Shown piece after piece: positions 51,623 through 62,569 of a DNA stretch of 64,000 nucleotides. The DNA comes from Andalucia godoyi And28. Its lineage: Eukaryota > Protista > Jakobida. The position numbers and the translations under genes were made by a program. Position 1 is the first letter of the stretch. Each line of letters starts with the position of its first letter. The notes under the pieces were generated by a model. The model ran no database searches, was not told the origin of the DNA, and saw nothing but the letters and a program-made list of their open reading frames with translations. The stretch covers positions 327,894-391,893 of the forward strand of contig VRVR01000015.1 in the NCBI GenBank assembly GCA_009859145.1, in the 5' to 3' direction.

Positions 51623-53421
51623 CAACAACAAATTCTGCTCGGCCGTCGTCTGCAACTAGCCGCCCTTCCTCTGCTTCGAAAAAGCAACCGATCCACTCAT
51701 CCGCTGGAGTACCACAGCCACAGCTGCCGGCTCGACCTTCTTCTGCTATCAAGAGGCACGACTTCGCTGCAGAGCGACCGTCATCTGCCAAGTTTCGCCC
51801 TCCTTCTGCGAATGGCCGACCCATGTCGGCTCGTTCGTATGCACACGACCAGAGGGACACTACAACTGTCGCGAAAGCCTCGAACAGCAAGAGCAGTCAT
51901 ATCAATAATGACAACGACAAGAAAATCAAGCAGATGGCCGACAAGATCAAGAAGCATAGCCAGCCCGACATTTTGGTTGTGGACCACAATGATTACGCGG
52001 TGGATGAGCGCACTGGAGAACCGATTGGGGATGTACCGATGTTGACCTCGGAGCGTGAAGAGACGGCCAACGAATTTGAAGCGACTGGAGACGTTCCGCT
52101 TCTTTTTGAAGAAAAGCAGGCGCAGCAAGCGCAGTCCAGCAATGCGGCAGCCAACCGACCGTCGTCGTCGGGGTCAGGAATGCCGAAGCGGCCTGTTTCG
52201 ACACAGTCTCAGCAATATCGCCCATCTTCTTATGCCAGCAATCGGCATGATGAGAATAACCGACCGACGTCTCATGGCTCGTTCGACTCCATCCCCGCGT
52301 CCAAGGAACGATCTGCCCTGTTGAAGCAACACATCCAATCACTCTACCGATCCCAATGGGACGACCAGATCCGCGAGAGGGAAGAAAAGAAGCTGCGAGA
52401 GAAAGAGCTCGAGCACGACATGGTGAAGCGCAGTTTTCTCGAGACTTCTCAAACTGAGAACGCGGAGCAAAAGAAGCAGCAGGCCTGGCGGGATGCCGAG
52501 CGTGAGATCATGGTTGAGAATCGCCGGAGGGCTGAATTGGATCGTCAGCGTCGTCGAGAAGACAATGCACCGCAGCCTGTTGGATCTGTTTTGCCACAGG
52601 ATGATTCCTGGGCGACGACGTCTCCGGCCGCCAAGGCATTCGCTATAACGGAGAAGCGCGAGGAAATCAACCGAGCGTGGAACGACCAAGTGGAGGACAG
52701 GAGGAACCGCGAGCGTGAGGAGCGTGAGTTGGAGGACGCGTTCATGATGGACCTTATTTCGAAAACACAAGAGGCTGCAGTTGCGGAGAGACAGGATGGC
52801 TTGTTGCAAAAGAAGAAGATTCAGGAGACGCAGGCATCATTTTATGACCGCCAGATTCGGGAACGCGATCCAGTGCCGCCCAAGTTTGTCGAGTCTGTGG
52901 ACATCTTCGGTGCTGCGAACAAGAAGCATGTTGCGGCGTTGCGCAAGCTGCAGCGACCCAACAGCGCGGCGTCGAGCGCGTCGTTGCAGGAATATGGAAA
53001 TGATCCCCGCTCGATTGCAATGGAAGAAGCGGCTCGCAAGAGAGCCGAGTCCCAGAGAGTAGCAAAGGCTCTGCTGGAACAACAGCGGCAGCAGGAGCAG
53101 GCGGAAAAGGCTCGTCGGGAGGCCGAGCTTGCCGAAACCCAACAGCGGCTGCGAGCTGAGCAAGAAGAGATCGAAGTGGAAAAGGAGCGCGATCGTTTGG
53201 CCAAGAAAATGACGCAGGACTACTGGAAGCAGCAATGGGACCGGCAGCAAAAGGAGAAGGTCGCTCTCCAGCACGCACACGCAGATCCCAGCTCAAAGAC
53301 GTTTATTGTTGGCATTGGAGAGTCAACGGAACAGGAGGACCGTGCGCTGCAGATTGCGCTGAATGAAAACCCCGGTGTGAAGAAGATCAGCACGAAAACC
53401 AGGGCCATCTATGGTTGGTGA
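50950..53421 (+). CDS. CCDC81-like protein (tandem HU-like domains plus coiled coil, 823 aa)
   Basis: N-terminal LWDAIGASV...GKAVLLPDFGTFT...RVPHF...F and a second LSFFAVA...IVEAI...G..VSIDAG unit fit the two HU-like CCDC81 domains; RPSSA repeats; long E/R/Q-rich coiled coil. Confidence 0.72.
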
Positions 53422-53652
53422 GACCACTGCACACGGCGAGTAGCTCGGTCTCGAGAAAAAGAAAGGTATTTGCTATAAGAATGGACTGTACAGAAAAAAA
53501 TAAATTAAAAAAAAAAGCAGAAAAAAAGCAGAAAATAGGCATGCATTGAATTGAACTTGTTTATGATAGACACAATGATGTAAACTTCTGCACGCAGGGA
53601 GAGGAGGAGAGGAGAAAAAACTGTAGTCAGGACAGGCGCACAAAAACTCTCT

Positions 53653-55875
53653 TTAGATCTTGTTGAGGAGCGAGCCGTACGTGGTGATGGCCGGGGCAAA
53701 CACAAGAGACAAGATGGCAGTCAGCTTCACCAGAATGTTCAAACTGGGGCCAGAAGTGTCCTTCAGTGGGTCACCAACAGTGTCACCGATAACGGCGGCC
53801 TTGTGAGGATCGGATCCCTTTCCGCCATACTTTCCACCCTCGATGAACTTCTTGGCGTTATCCCAGGCTCCTCCGGTGTTGGACATCGAAATTGCCAACA
53901 TCACACCAGAAACCAGCGATCCGGCAAGAACACCAGCAAGCGCGTTCTTTCCAAAGAGGAAGCCGACAATCAGCGGAGTCAGCATAACGAGAGCACCAGG
54001 AGGCAACATCTCGCGCAGAGATGCCTGAGTAGAGATGGCAACGCAGCGCTTGTAGTCCGGACGTCCAGTGCCGGCCATGAGACCAGGAATGGTGCGGAAT
54101 TGCTCACGAACTTCCTCAACCATGGCCAGAGCAGCCTTTCCGACGGACTTCATGGTCATCGCAGAGAACCAGTATGGCAACATGGATCCGATGAGGAGAC
54201 CGGAAAATTCGTACGCCTCGAGCAAATTCACCGAGTCAATACCAGTGCGGGCAACGAAAGCACCGAACAAGGCGAGAGAAACGAGCGCAGCAGAACCAAT
54301 AGCAAATCCTTTTCCGATGGCAGCAGTGGTGTTACCAGCGGCATCCAGAGCATCCGTGCGTTCGCGAACGTGGGATCCCATTCCTGCCATTTCGGCAATA
54401 CCTCCGGCATTGTCGGAAATAGGTCCGTAAACATCGATTGTAAGTCCGATGGAGAGCGTGGACAAAACACCGAGTGCAGCGCAGGCAATTCCGAACATCG
54501 ATGCAAGCGAGTACGAGACATAGATGGCAACTGCCAAAGCCATTGCGGGGATGATGGACGACTTGTAGCCGAGAGCAAGACCGTAAATGATGTTGGTTGC
54601 GGCACCAGTGCGGCAGGCAGCAGCGACGTCACGAACTGGGCTGTAGGAGTGCGAAGTGAAGTACTCTGTGATATAACCGATAATCAGTCCAGCCCACAGT
54701 CCCGAGGCGCAGCAGAAGAAGACCTTGGTGTTGGTAGTCTGGGTAACCTTGTCACCGACACGGATGTGGAAATCCTCCGGAAGGAATGCCTGCGAAACGA
54801 GGTACAAGACCGGGGTCATCAAAACAGTCGAGACCAGCAACTGGCGCTTCAGCGTCGGCTCAATCTGGCTGAACTCCTCAACCTTGGTGAACTCGGTGGC
54901 AATCAGAGCGGTAACAAACGAGACAAACACACCGGTTGCGGTGATGACCAAGGGGAACATCATGGCAGACCAGTGGGTAGTCAAACGCGGGTCCTGCGAC
55001 GTCGCGGCGATAACGAGTGCAGCGCAAGTAGATTCAGCGAACGATCCAAAGAGATCGGCACCCATTCCAGCGACATCACCAACGTTGTCACCCACATTGT
55101 CGGCAATAACGGCCGGGTTACGGGGATCGTCTTCGGGGATGTTTTGCTCGATCTTTCCAACAAGATCTGCACCAACGTCCGCAGCCTTTGTGTAGATTCC
55201 ACCACCAACACGTCCGAACAAGGCAATCGACGAGCCACCAAGACCGTAAGCCGAGATGCATTCGTAGAGCTTCTCCACGTCGTCGTCAGAAGAGTAGTGC
55301 AGCTTGAACAAGTTGATCAAGATGTAAAGGTTGATGAGTCCCAAGGAGCACAGTGCGAAGCCCATGACGGTTCCTGCCTGGAAGGCAACTCGAAACGCCG
55401 GAGCAAGACCCTCAAGGGCCTTGACGGCAGTACGGGAGTTCGCGAACACGGCAATGCGCATGCCCACGTATCCGGAGACAATGGAGGTTCCAGCACCAAT
55501 GACGAACGCAACGGTCGAAAGAACTCCGCTGATCCCGTCAACGGCATTGCAGAGGAAAGCCAACAAAATCGCCGAAAACAGTACGACAAAGATTGACAAG
55601 ACCTTGTATTCGGCAGTCAAGAACGAGATGGCTCCTTCTTGGATGGCATCGGAAATTTCGCACACACGCTCCAAGATCTCTTCAATCTTGGTACCGGATT
55701 CGCTCTGTACCAGCGCGTGGCGCTCTGCATTCGAGTACAAACGGGCAGCCTTCGGATCAATCTGAACGCGAGACACAACGTATACGGAGTACAGCGCGTA
55801 CAAAAGACCGACGGCCGTGGCGATCACGATCAGGACCGTGGCCACATAGTCGTCTGCAAGTTCAATTCCAGACAT
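53653..55875 (-). CDS. AVP1: membrane H+-translocating pyrophosphatase, K+-dependent type (740 aa)
   Basis: [50 protein letters not shown] (Ala at the K+-dependence position, 54319-54336), [23 protein letters not shown]. Confidence 0.97.
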   Translation of the reverse strand: MSGIELADDYVATVLIVIATAVGLLYALYSVYVVSRVQIDPKAARLYSNAERHALVQSESGTKIEEILERVCEISDAIQEGAISFLTAEYKVLSIFVVLFSAILLAFLCNAVDGISGVLSTVAFVIGAGTSIVSGYVGMRIAVFANSRTAVKALEGLAPAFRVAFQAGTVMGFALCSLGLINLYILINLFKLHYSSDDDVEKLYECISAYGLGGSSIALFGRVGGGIYTKAADVGADLVGKIEQNIPEDDPRNPAVIADNVGDNVGDVAGMGADLFGSFAESTCAALVIAATSQDPRLTTHWSAMMFPLVITATGVFVSFVTALIATEFTKVEEFSQIEPTLKRQLLVSTVLMTPVLYLVSQAFLPEDFHIRVGDKVTQTTNTKVFFCCASGLWAGLIIGYITEYFTSHSYSPVRDVAAACRTGAATNIIYGLALGYKSSIIPAMALAVAIYVSYSLASMFGIACAALGVLSTLSIGLTIDVYGPISDNAGGIAEMAGMGSHVRERTDALDAAGNTTAAIGKGFAIGSAALVSLALFGAFVARTGIDSVNLLEAYEFSGLLIGSMLPYWFSAMTMKSVGKAALAMVEEVREQFRTIPGLMAGTGRPDYKRCVAISTQASLREMLPPGALVMLTPLIVGFLFGKNALAGVLAGSLVSGVMLAISMSNTGGAWDNAKKFIEGGKYGGKGSDPHKAAVIGDTVGDPLKDTSGPSLNILVKLTAILSLVFAPAITTYGSLLNKI

Positions 55876-56406
55876 GGCTCAAGAAAGCAGGGACTCCAGG
55901 AAGAGAAAGGAAAGCCGGGGAAGAAGAAAGAAAGAAAGGGAAAAAAAAGAAGAAAGGAGGAGGAAAAAGAAAAAAGGAGAAAGGAGAAGAAAGGAGAAGA
56001 AAGGAGAAGAAAGGAGAAGAGGGGAAAATAAACAGGGAGACGAAGTCGGGTTGAGAAGTGAAGGAAGCAACAAGGAACGGGGCGAAAGCCTGGGGAACAG
56101 CATTTCGGGGAGAAGAAACGGGGAAGCGCCGAGCTTTCCTTCCCGCAGCTCTAGACAAGGGTTTCGCAGCGCGAAACAAAAATCCCGGCCAAAAAGCCTC
56201 GCATTTGCCAAAAGGTAGGGTTAATCGCTGCTCGTCCCTAATGTGTAGCGTCAAACCGGACCCCAGAGACAGGGTCACTACGACCGCAAAGGTGCCGCGC
56301 GAAGAAAGCTCGTGAGTTCGTTTTTCTATTTTTTTAAAAGTATTTTATTATTACAGGCGCTACATGGGTCACTTTGATCTGTTGCATATAGTCTTTCTCC
56401 CCCACT

Positions 56407-57129
56407 TCAAATGCTTGTTTTCGAGGAATTGCCAAGAATGTGCCATGCTGCCGGGATCCAGTGATGCACAGCCCCAGCAACCGCAACATCCACCAAGATG
56501 CCTCGAGCCCTGTATAGCTCGACCAACGGCAGTGTGTCGGACTCATACAGCTGGAGTCGTTTCTTGACCGTGCTGCTATCATCATCTGGTCGTTTGATGA
56601 GCTTCGATTTGCACGTATCGCACGTGCCGGGTACTTGTGGCGGCATCGGAGGCATGTCGATTCCGTGGCGGTGCACATGGACGATGTTGTAATTGGGAGT
56701 CGCGCAGCCGGGAGTCGGACACACTCTTCTGCCCCCCAGTTTTTCAATGATGATATCCGGATACTGGATCATGTGCAATACTGCATCAAGGCCGGCAAAA
56801 GATCTCGCCTGCTCCACGGTTCGAGGAAAGCCATCCAGCAAATAACCGCGCACGCAGTCCTCGAGCTCCAAGCGGCGACGCAGCAGCCGTGACACAATCT
56901 CGGAAGGTACCAGACTGCCGCTTTCCATTGTCCTAGCTACCTCTGTTTTTTCATCCGGGCGCAGAAGCGAAACGGAGTCGGAGTTGGAGTCGAGGGCTTT
57001 CATCTGCGACCGAAGCAAATCGCCCGTTGAGATGTGCGGAATGCCAATGGATCGGGCAATCCGACCTGCGTATACTGACTTTCCTACCCCTGGCGGACCA
57101 AGAAGCATGATTCGCATTTGAACAGGCAT
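56407..57129 (-). CDS. adenylate kinase with long Cys-containing LID (240 aa)
   Basis: GPPGVGKS P-loop, HISTGDLLR, GYLLDGFPRT..QA, RR.C...C...C..C..LIKRPDD; first ATG at 57129. Confidence 0.92.
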   Translation of the reverse strand: MPVQMRIMLLGPPGVGKSVYAGRIARSIGIPHISTGDLLRSQMKALDSNSDSVSLLRPDEKTEVARTMESGSLVPSEIVSRLLRRRLELEDCVRGYLLDGFPRTVEQARSFAGLDAVLHMIQYPDIIIEKLGGRRVCPTPGCATPNYNIVHVHRHGIDMPPMPPQVPGTCDTCKSKLIKRPDDDSSTVKKRLQLYESDTLPLVELYRARGILVDVAVAGAVHHWIPAAWHILGNSSKTSI

Positions 57130-57497
57130 GTCATATCCGCAAACTCTCACACGATGCAGCCTCTAAGAATACGGACTCCTTTTTGGAGAGACACGGGGAG
57201 AAACTGCAAAAAATCCAATTCCGTGAGTTGTTGAATGTGATTGTAAAAATTGCACGCAGACGCAAGAACATCGCGAATGTCGAAATGCCTCGACTTCCTG
57301 TTTCAGATGCCTTTATTCGATTGCTCCCCCGAGACTTGCGTTTCTCTTTTGTTTTGTTTTTCCCATGTTGCTCTTGTTTGCTCTTGTTTGCGACCAGTTC
57401 ATTTTTTGCTGCATTGATAATCAAAACAATTTTTGTTTTAAATCACAAAAACAAACAAAAAAAGGGTCATCTTGTAAAGAACCCGCACGTGTGTTCG

Positions 57498-57860
57498 ATG
57501 GCAACCATTTTTCTGGCGGGTCTTGGAGTGGCTGGCGCGGCGCTGGTGGGGAGAGCAGTGTTTCGAGCAGCTCGGTCATCCGGTTCCGCTCTGAAGAGCG
57601 TTCCCAAAACATTCTATATGGGATCGTTTGAAGATGTGATGTCGCGCAGAGAAGCATCGCTGATCCTTGGTGTCAATGAAAAGACAACAACAGAGGAAAT
57701 CAAGGAAGCTCATCGAAGGTTAATGCGCATCAACCATCCAGACGTTGGTGGCTCCACATACATTGGAACCAAGATCAATCTAGCGAAGCAGGTTCTTGAA
57801 ACGGAAAATGCATCTGCAAACACGACCCGAAAGCCCCGTGGGCCAAGTTCGAACTTTTGA
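57498..57860 (+). CDS. PAM18: mitochondrial import motor J-protein Pam18/Tim14 (120 aa)
   Basis: N-terminal TM (AGLGVAGAALVGR), FYMGSFEDVMSRREASLILGV, HRRLMRINHPDVGGSTYIGTKINLAK; first ATG at 57498. Confidence 0.93.
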   Translation: MATIFLAGLGVAGAALVGRAVFRAARSSGSALKSVPKTFYMGSFEDVMSRREASLILGVNEKTTTEEIKEAHRRLMRINHPDVGGSTYIGTKINLAKQVLETENASANTTRKPRGPSSNF

Positions 57861-58058
57861 TGGTTCCCCTCCTTCGCTGTGTCGCAGTTGTAGTATTTCT
57901 GTATGCTTTAAAAACGATATTGTAAAGTTTAAGTGTTTTTTTGCATCTTTTGGTTTCGATTTTTTTTCTGTGCTCTTCTTACCATCCTTCGCCTCGCCGG
58001 TTCGCGACTCCATGTGCTTGGTAACCAGCGTATTGATTTAGGCAGGACAGGCGTACAA

Positions 58059-60464
58059 ATGTCTGGGGTTGTAAAAGGATTTTTGGAGCCTGTGAAGGAC
58101 CCGACATCCGACATATGCCAGATTGCACGCCGAGGTTCTGCGACGTTGCGAGAATTCCGAAATGAGCGAGATCGAATCAAGGCCGTGCGTGAAAAGCTAT
58201 CTGCGGTTGCCACGTTTCTCGGTCGCGAGTCTGAAATAGACGGTGGGGGTCTTGACTCCGAGGACGCAGCATCCCTCGATGCTTCGAACGCCAGCACTGC
58301 CTTCTCATTTTCGCTTTCCGGTTCCGGAGACGACGCATCGTCGTCCACTTCCGCGTCCACGGATGCAGCTGCAGAACTCCGAAAATACCGAAAATACTTG
58401 CCCATATTCGCTTGTCGCGACGAGTTCCTGCGAGTTCTCTCGGAAAACTCGGTGTTGGTTCTCGTTGGAGAAACCGGCTCTGGAAAAACCACGCAGATTG
58501 CTCAGTATTTGTACGAGGCAGGCTACGCGTCTTCGGGCCGAATATGCATCACACAGCCACGTCGAGTTGCCGCCGTTTCTGTCGCAAGGCGTGTTGCAGA
58601 TGAAATGGGGACGAGGCTTGGAGACTTGGTTGGATATAGCATTCGATTTGAAGATGTTTGCTCTTCAAAAACGAAGCTGCGGTTTATGACAGATGGCATT
58701 CTCCTTCGCGAATCCGTCCAAGATCCCTTGCTTGAAAAGTATTCGTGTGTTGTTTTGGACGAGGCTCATGAAAGGTCTCTCAATACTGACGTGCTCTTTG
58801 GGCTTCTTCGGGCGGTATTGTCCAAGAGGTTTGACCTCAAAGTGATCGTGACGTCCGCGACTCTCGATGCACACCGATTCGCGTCCTTTTTCGGCGAGTG
58901 TCCAGTATTTCGCATTCCTGGGCGAACATATCCTGTATCGTTACACTATTCCAAATCTCCGGTCGAAGACTACGTGGATGCCGCAGTGAACCAGGTGCTG
59001 GCCATTCATGTGTCTCGGCCGAAAGACGGGGACATTCTTGTGTTCATGACCGGACAAGAAGACGTTGAAATTACTTGCTATTTGATAATGGAACGAGCAG
59101 CAAAGCTTTCCGCTGCAAATTCACAGAAACTGGTTGTGTTCCCCATCTACTCCATGCTTCCTGCGGAATTACAAAGCCGCATCTTCTCCAAGACCAAGCA
59201 CGAAGTGGAACGTAAGGTGATTGTTGCGACAAACATCGCAGAAACGTCTCTTACGGTTCCTGGAGTCAAGTACGTGATCGATTGCGGGTTTGCAAAGTTC
59301 AAAATCTACAATCCGCATGTCGGGATGGATGCCCTTCAGGTGTACCCAATATCTCAGGCTCAAGCGCAGCAACGCGCTGGCAGAGCCGGGCGAACCTCTG
59401 CGGGCGAGTGTTTTCGCTTGTACACCAAGCACCAGTTTGACCAGGAGATGCTTGTCAATCAGGTTCCTGAACTGCAAAGATCCAACCTTGCAAACGTTGT
59501 GCTTCTGCTGAGAGGACTGGGCATTCGAGACATTTCAAAATTCGATTTTCTGGATGCCCCTCCGGCGGAGTCCATATCCGAATCCGACACTTTGTTGAAG
59601 CTCATTGGTGCCGTGAATTCCACCGGGGACCTCACTTCCAGCGGGAAGCTGATGTCCCTGATTCCTCTGGACCCTTGTCTGAGTTGCATGTTGCTGCATG
59701 CGGTAGAGCAGGCCTGTGCAAAAGAAATGATCACGATAATATCGATGATTTCCGTTCCAAAAGTCTACGTTCGACCCCCAGAACGTGTCGCGGAGGCAGA
59801 TTCCAAGCGAGAGAAGTTTTCGGTCCCGGATTCTGATCATCTGACGCTGTTGAATGTGTATAATCAATGGGAAGCACATCGGCGGTCACCCGTGTTCTCT
59901 TCTTCCAATTTCTTAAACGACAAGGCCCTTCGTCGTGCAGCAGACATCCGCTCTCAACTGGAGGAGTTGGTGAAATCTGTGTGCAATGTTTCTTTGATTT
60001 CCAGCTGTGGAATGGAATGGGATATCCTCCGAAAATGCGTCTGTGCTGGATACTTTCACCACGCAGCTCGAATGAAAGGCGTGGGCGAGTACGTGAACAT
60101 TGTGTCTGGGCTGCCTTGTGTTCTCCACCCCACAAGTGCTCTTTACGGGGCTGGCGTTGCACCGGAGTACGTCGTCTATCATGAGCTGATCTTAACCAAC
60201 AAGGAGTACATGCAGGTCGCCACTGCTGTTGAGCCAGCGTGGTTGGCACGATTTGGCCCATCGTGGTACGCCTACCGAAATGGTGTCCTGCAGCTCGTCC
60301 GACTGGATGGAAATTCGTCGCAGGACGCAAGCAGAAAGCGGATGTTTGTTTCGTCCTCGGGGGGCGATGAATCTGCTTCCATCTCAGTAACCACGGCTAG
60401 GAGCAGCGCAAAGCGACCGAAGTTTGGCGTGTTCGGCTTTAATTCTCATTTTTCTTCTACTTGA
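58059..60464 (+). CDS. PRP16: DEAH-box splicing helicase Prp16/DHX38, short form (801 aa)
   Basis: VKDPTSDI..IARRGS (Prp16-like), GETGSGKTTQ, DEAHERSLNTD, TSAT, TNIAETSLT, QRAGRAGR, PEIQR-like PELQRSNL, HPTSALYG; first ATG at 58059. Confidence 0.9.
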   Translation: MSGVVKGFLEPVKDPTSDICQIARRGSATLREFRNERDRIKAVREKLSAVATFLGRESEIDGGGLDSEDAASLDASNASTAFSFSLSGSGDDASSSTSASTDAAAELRKYRKYLPIFACRDEFLRVLSENSVLVLVGETGSGKTTQIAQYLYEAGYASSGRICITQPRRVAAVSVARRVADEMGTRLGDLVGYSIRFEDVCSSKTKLRFMTDGILLRESVQDPLLEKYSCVVLDEAHERSLNTDVLFGLLRAVLSKRFDLKVIVTSATLDAHRFASFFGECPVFRIPGRTYPVSLHYSKSPVEDYVDAAVNQVLAIHVSRPKDGDILVFMTGQEDVEITCYLIMERAAKLSAANSQKLVVFPIYSMLPAELQSRIFSKTKHEVERKVIVATNIAETSLTVPGVKYVIDCGFAKFKIYNPHVGMDALQVYPISQAQAQQRAGRAGRTSAGECFRLYTKHQFDQEMLVNQVPELQRSNLANVVLLLRGLGIRDISKFDFLDAPPAESISESDTLLKLIGAVNSTGDLTSSGKLMSLIPLDPCLSCMLLHAVEQACAKEMITIISMISVPKVYVRPPERVAEADSKREKFSVPDSDHLTLLNVYNQWEAHRRSPVFSSSNFLNDKALRRAADIRSQLEELVKSVCNVSLISSCGMEWDILRKCVCAGYFHHAARMKGVGEYVNIVSGLPCVLHPTSALYGAGVAPEYVVYHELILTNKEYMQVATAVEPAWLARFGPSWYAYRNGVLQLVRLDGNSSQDASRKRMFVSSSGGDESASISVTTARSSAKRPKFGVFGFNSHFSST

Positions 60465-60618
60465 TCAACGGATCACGTCTTCCGCCAAACACCCCACCAC
60501 TTGTTGCGAGAGATCTGCTCACACGATGATGCACATAATTTACGAATTGTCGAATGTAACTAAAATGGAGACAGAATTAAAAGCACAAGAACATCAGAGA
60601 CACATCATGCGACCGATT

Positions 60619-61818
60619 TCAGAATGTTCCACACGGAAGGCATGTGTTATCATTCGGAAATCCGTACGACGGGACCTGTTCCGCGGCAATGTTTTGCAGC
60701 AATACATTAATTGAGTGGCAGCCAATGTAAGAGCAGCCTGTGGTATCCGCATAGACGCCGACGGAGCCTGGATAACACTGAGCGTTGACAATTGACGTGC
60801 CGCCGCCCAGCGGATCGCCTTGTGTGTAGAACTCATAGATACCCTGGACATCTCCGGTCGGTTGCGAAATGTACTCAAAAACCAAGCCCGAAGGGGGCGC
60901 ACTAAAAGGAATTGCGACGGAGTCTTGAATTCCTTGAGCAACGTAGTTGACCATCGCAAGCGTGCCGCCGAGAGAGTGTCCAGTAAAGACAACAGCGGTA
61001 GGGCTGAACTGGCCAACAATCGACGAAACCAAATCCTGCGACGACTGCACGTAAGAGGTGGAATCGGTTGCCGTGGACTGCGCACTGCCAAATCCAGCCT
61101 GCGAAGCAGGGCAGCGATAAATATAATCGTCAGAGTACAAGTCATTGAAGGAAGTAGGGTTCGTGCCCTTGAACGCAATAACAATAACGCCAGTGGGATC
61201 GAAGTTCTGAATCGCCTGTCCATTCAAGGCGTTTTGATAGTCAGCAGAATCCAGATTCAATTCCTGGTACACCAAAGACACCACGTTACTCTCGGTGTAC
61301 AGTAGCATGTTTCCACTCGAGTCCGTCGCCGCTGCACAGTCCTGATTGACTTGATCGCAGACAATCGGATTCGCATTCTGCTCATTGTACGCCTGACTGG
61401 ACATTGTTGCCAACATGTACAGGGTATCTTGGTCGAGTTGCAAAGAGTTTGGGTCCAATGCCCCCATAACGGAAAGAGAAGAGGTTGGCGAAGCCGAAGA
61501 CGGTGTCGAGGGCGCGTATGGTGAGTGGGAGTGCAACGTTGACCGGATCACATATTCGCGAGTGGCCTGCATTTGATAAGATCGCAGCCCGGCCGTCTTG
61601 TTATACAGATGAAGCTGCGCGAGCACAAATGCCTTTGTCTGAGAAACAGAAGAGCCGCGGGAGTCTCCGGAACGGTCAAGAAGAAAGTAGAGCGCAAAAA
61701 CTCCACCAAGGACTGTTAAGCACACGAAAAAGAGAACGCCAAGCTTGATGTATTGCCGACGAGAAGCACCCTTACTCGCATCTGCATTCACTGTTCCATC
61801 CAGGAACGCGTACTGCAT
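60619..61818 (-). CDS. class 3 lipase with N-terminal TM anchor, Atg15-like (399 aa)
   Basis: First ATG that fits is at 61818; single TM (LGVLFFVCLTVLGGVFALYFLL), IAFKGT, FTGHSLGG, FSAPP, GDPL, CHSI. Confidence 0.78.
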   Translation of the reverse strand: MQYAFLDGTVNADASKGASRRQYIKLGVLFFVCLTVLGGVFALYFLLDRSGDSRGSSVSQTKAFVLAQLHLYNKTAGLRSYQMQATREYVIRSTLHSHSPYAPSTPSSASPTSSLSVMGALDPNSLQLDQDTLYMLATMSSQAYNEQNANPIVCDQVNQDCAAATDSSGNMLLYTESNVVSLVYQELNLDSADYQNALNGQAIQNFDPTGVIVIAFKGTNPTSFNDLYSDDYIYRCPASQAGFGSAQSTATDSTSYVQSSQDLVSSIVGQFSPTAVVFTGHSLGGTLAMVNYVAQGIQDSVAIPFSAPPSGLVFEYISQPTGDVQGIYEFYTQGDPLGGGTSIVNAQCYPGSVGVYADTTGCSYIGCHSINVLLQNIAAEQVPSYGFPNDNTCLPCGTF

Positions 61819-61898
61819 CGTCAAATGTTCAGCGGTTATTTGTTTGCGAATAATAATAATTTTTTGGAAGTGCACCTGTTCTCCGCACAGAACCGCTG

Positions 61899-61957
61899 AA
61901 TAATAACACGTCATTGTCATGCATTTTCGGGTCAAAACTCGCCGACACCAGCACGTT
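61899..61957 (-). repeat. dispersed element, copy B (upstream of the Atg15-like gene)
   Basis: 55/60 identity to 50533-50612 in inverted orientation, with one ~21-nt indel. Confidence 0.88.
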
Positions 61958-61979
61958 TGTTTGAGCCGACCGACGTCGA

Positions 61980-62036
61980 TTTCAGGCGAACTCGAGTTCG
62001 CCTGAAAATGGCCCATGCGAAGTCGAGTTCGCATGG
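61980..62036. repeat. twin palindromes with shared core GCGAA(C/G)TCGAGTTCGC
   Basis: 61980-62007 TTTCAGGCGAACTCGAGTTCGCCTGAAA is a perfect 28-bp palindrome; 62013-62036 CCATGCGAAGTCGAGTTCGCATGG is a 24-bp palindrome with one mismatch. Confidence 0.93.
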
Positions 62037-62569
62037 CTGCGCATTTCTGTTCTATCTCTCTGTTCCTACTCGTTACCAAGATGCGATTTCGAATATATGC
62101 ATCGTCCACAACAATATCTCTTTGTATCTCAAAAATCGTCGCTTTTGGCCGCCTCCCTGCAGAGTTGTGTTTTTTGATTAATTAGGTCATAAAAGCATCA
62201 TTCAGTTCTGTTTTTCTCTGTGCTGTTCATGTATTTGGTGCATCGGCATGCGCCAGCATCGACGGACTGCTCTCAGAAGCAAGATCGTGCATTGAATACA
62301 CGCTTGGCAGGCATCCTGCTGATTCTGCACAAGTCTTCCGTTTTGCGCAGCCGTTGCGCTCAGAGCACAGAAACGAGCTCGCTGATGTCCAGCAGCACTA
62401 ATTCCGCTCCCGCTCTACCCATATCGAGAAACTGTGCAGCCAGAAACACTTGTGCAATGAAACCGTCATCTCCACATCCAGAGAATCGTCCTGCGGACCC
62501 GTTCCTACTGTGGTGTTTTGCACTTGCCGTTTTCTTTTTACTTCTGTTCCTGTCCTGATGTGTTTTCAG

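Noticed and set aside
53803-55596. 597-aa + strand ORF
   Set aside because: Antisense shadow of the H+-pyrophosphatase; no recognisable motifs.
24149-57860. Apparent clustering of mitochondrial genes (S21, AFG1, ETFB, PAM18)
   Set aside because: They are interspersed with unrelated genes; the density is compatible with chance.
21156-62109. N-terminal extensions from TTG/GTG starts in the ORF track (LeuRS, catalases, AFG1, PAM18, Prp16, lipase and others)
   Set aside because: Eukaryotic context; the extensions translate low-complexity UTR sequence, and homology begins at the first ATG.
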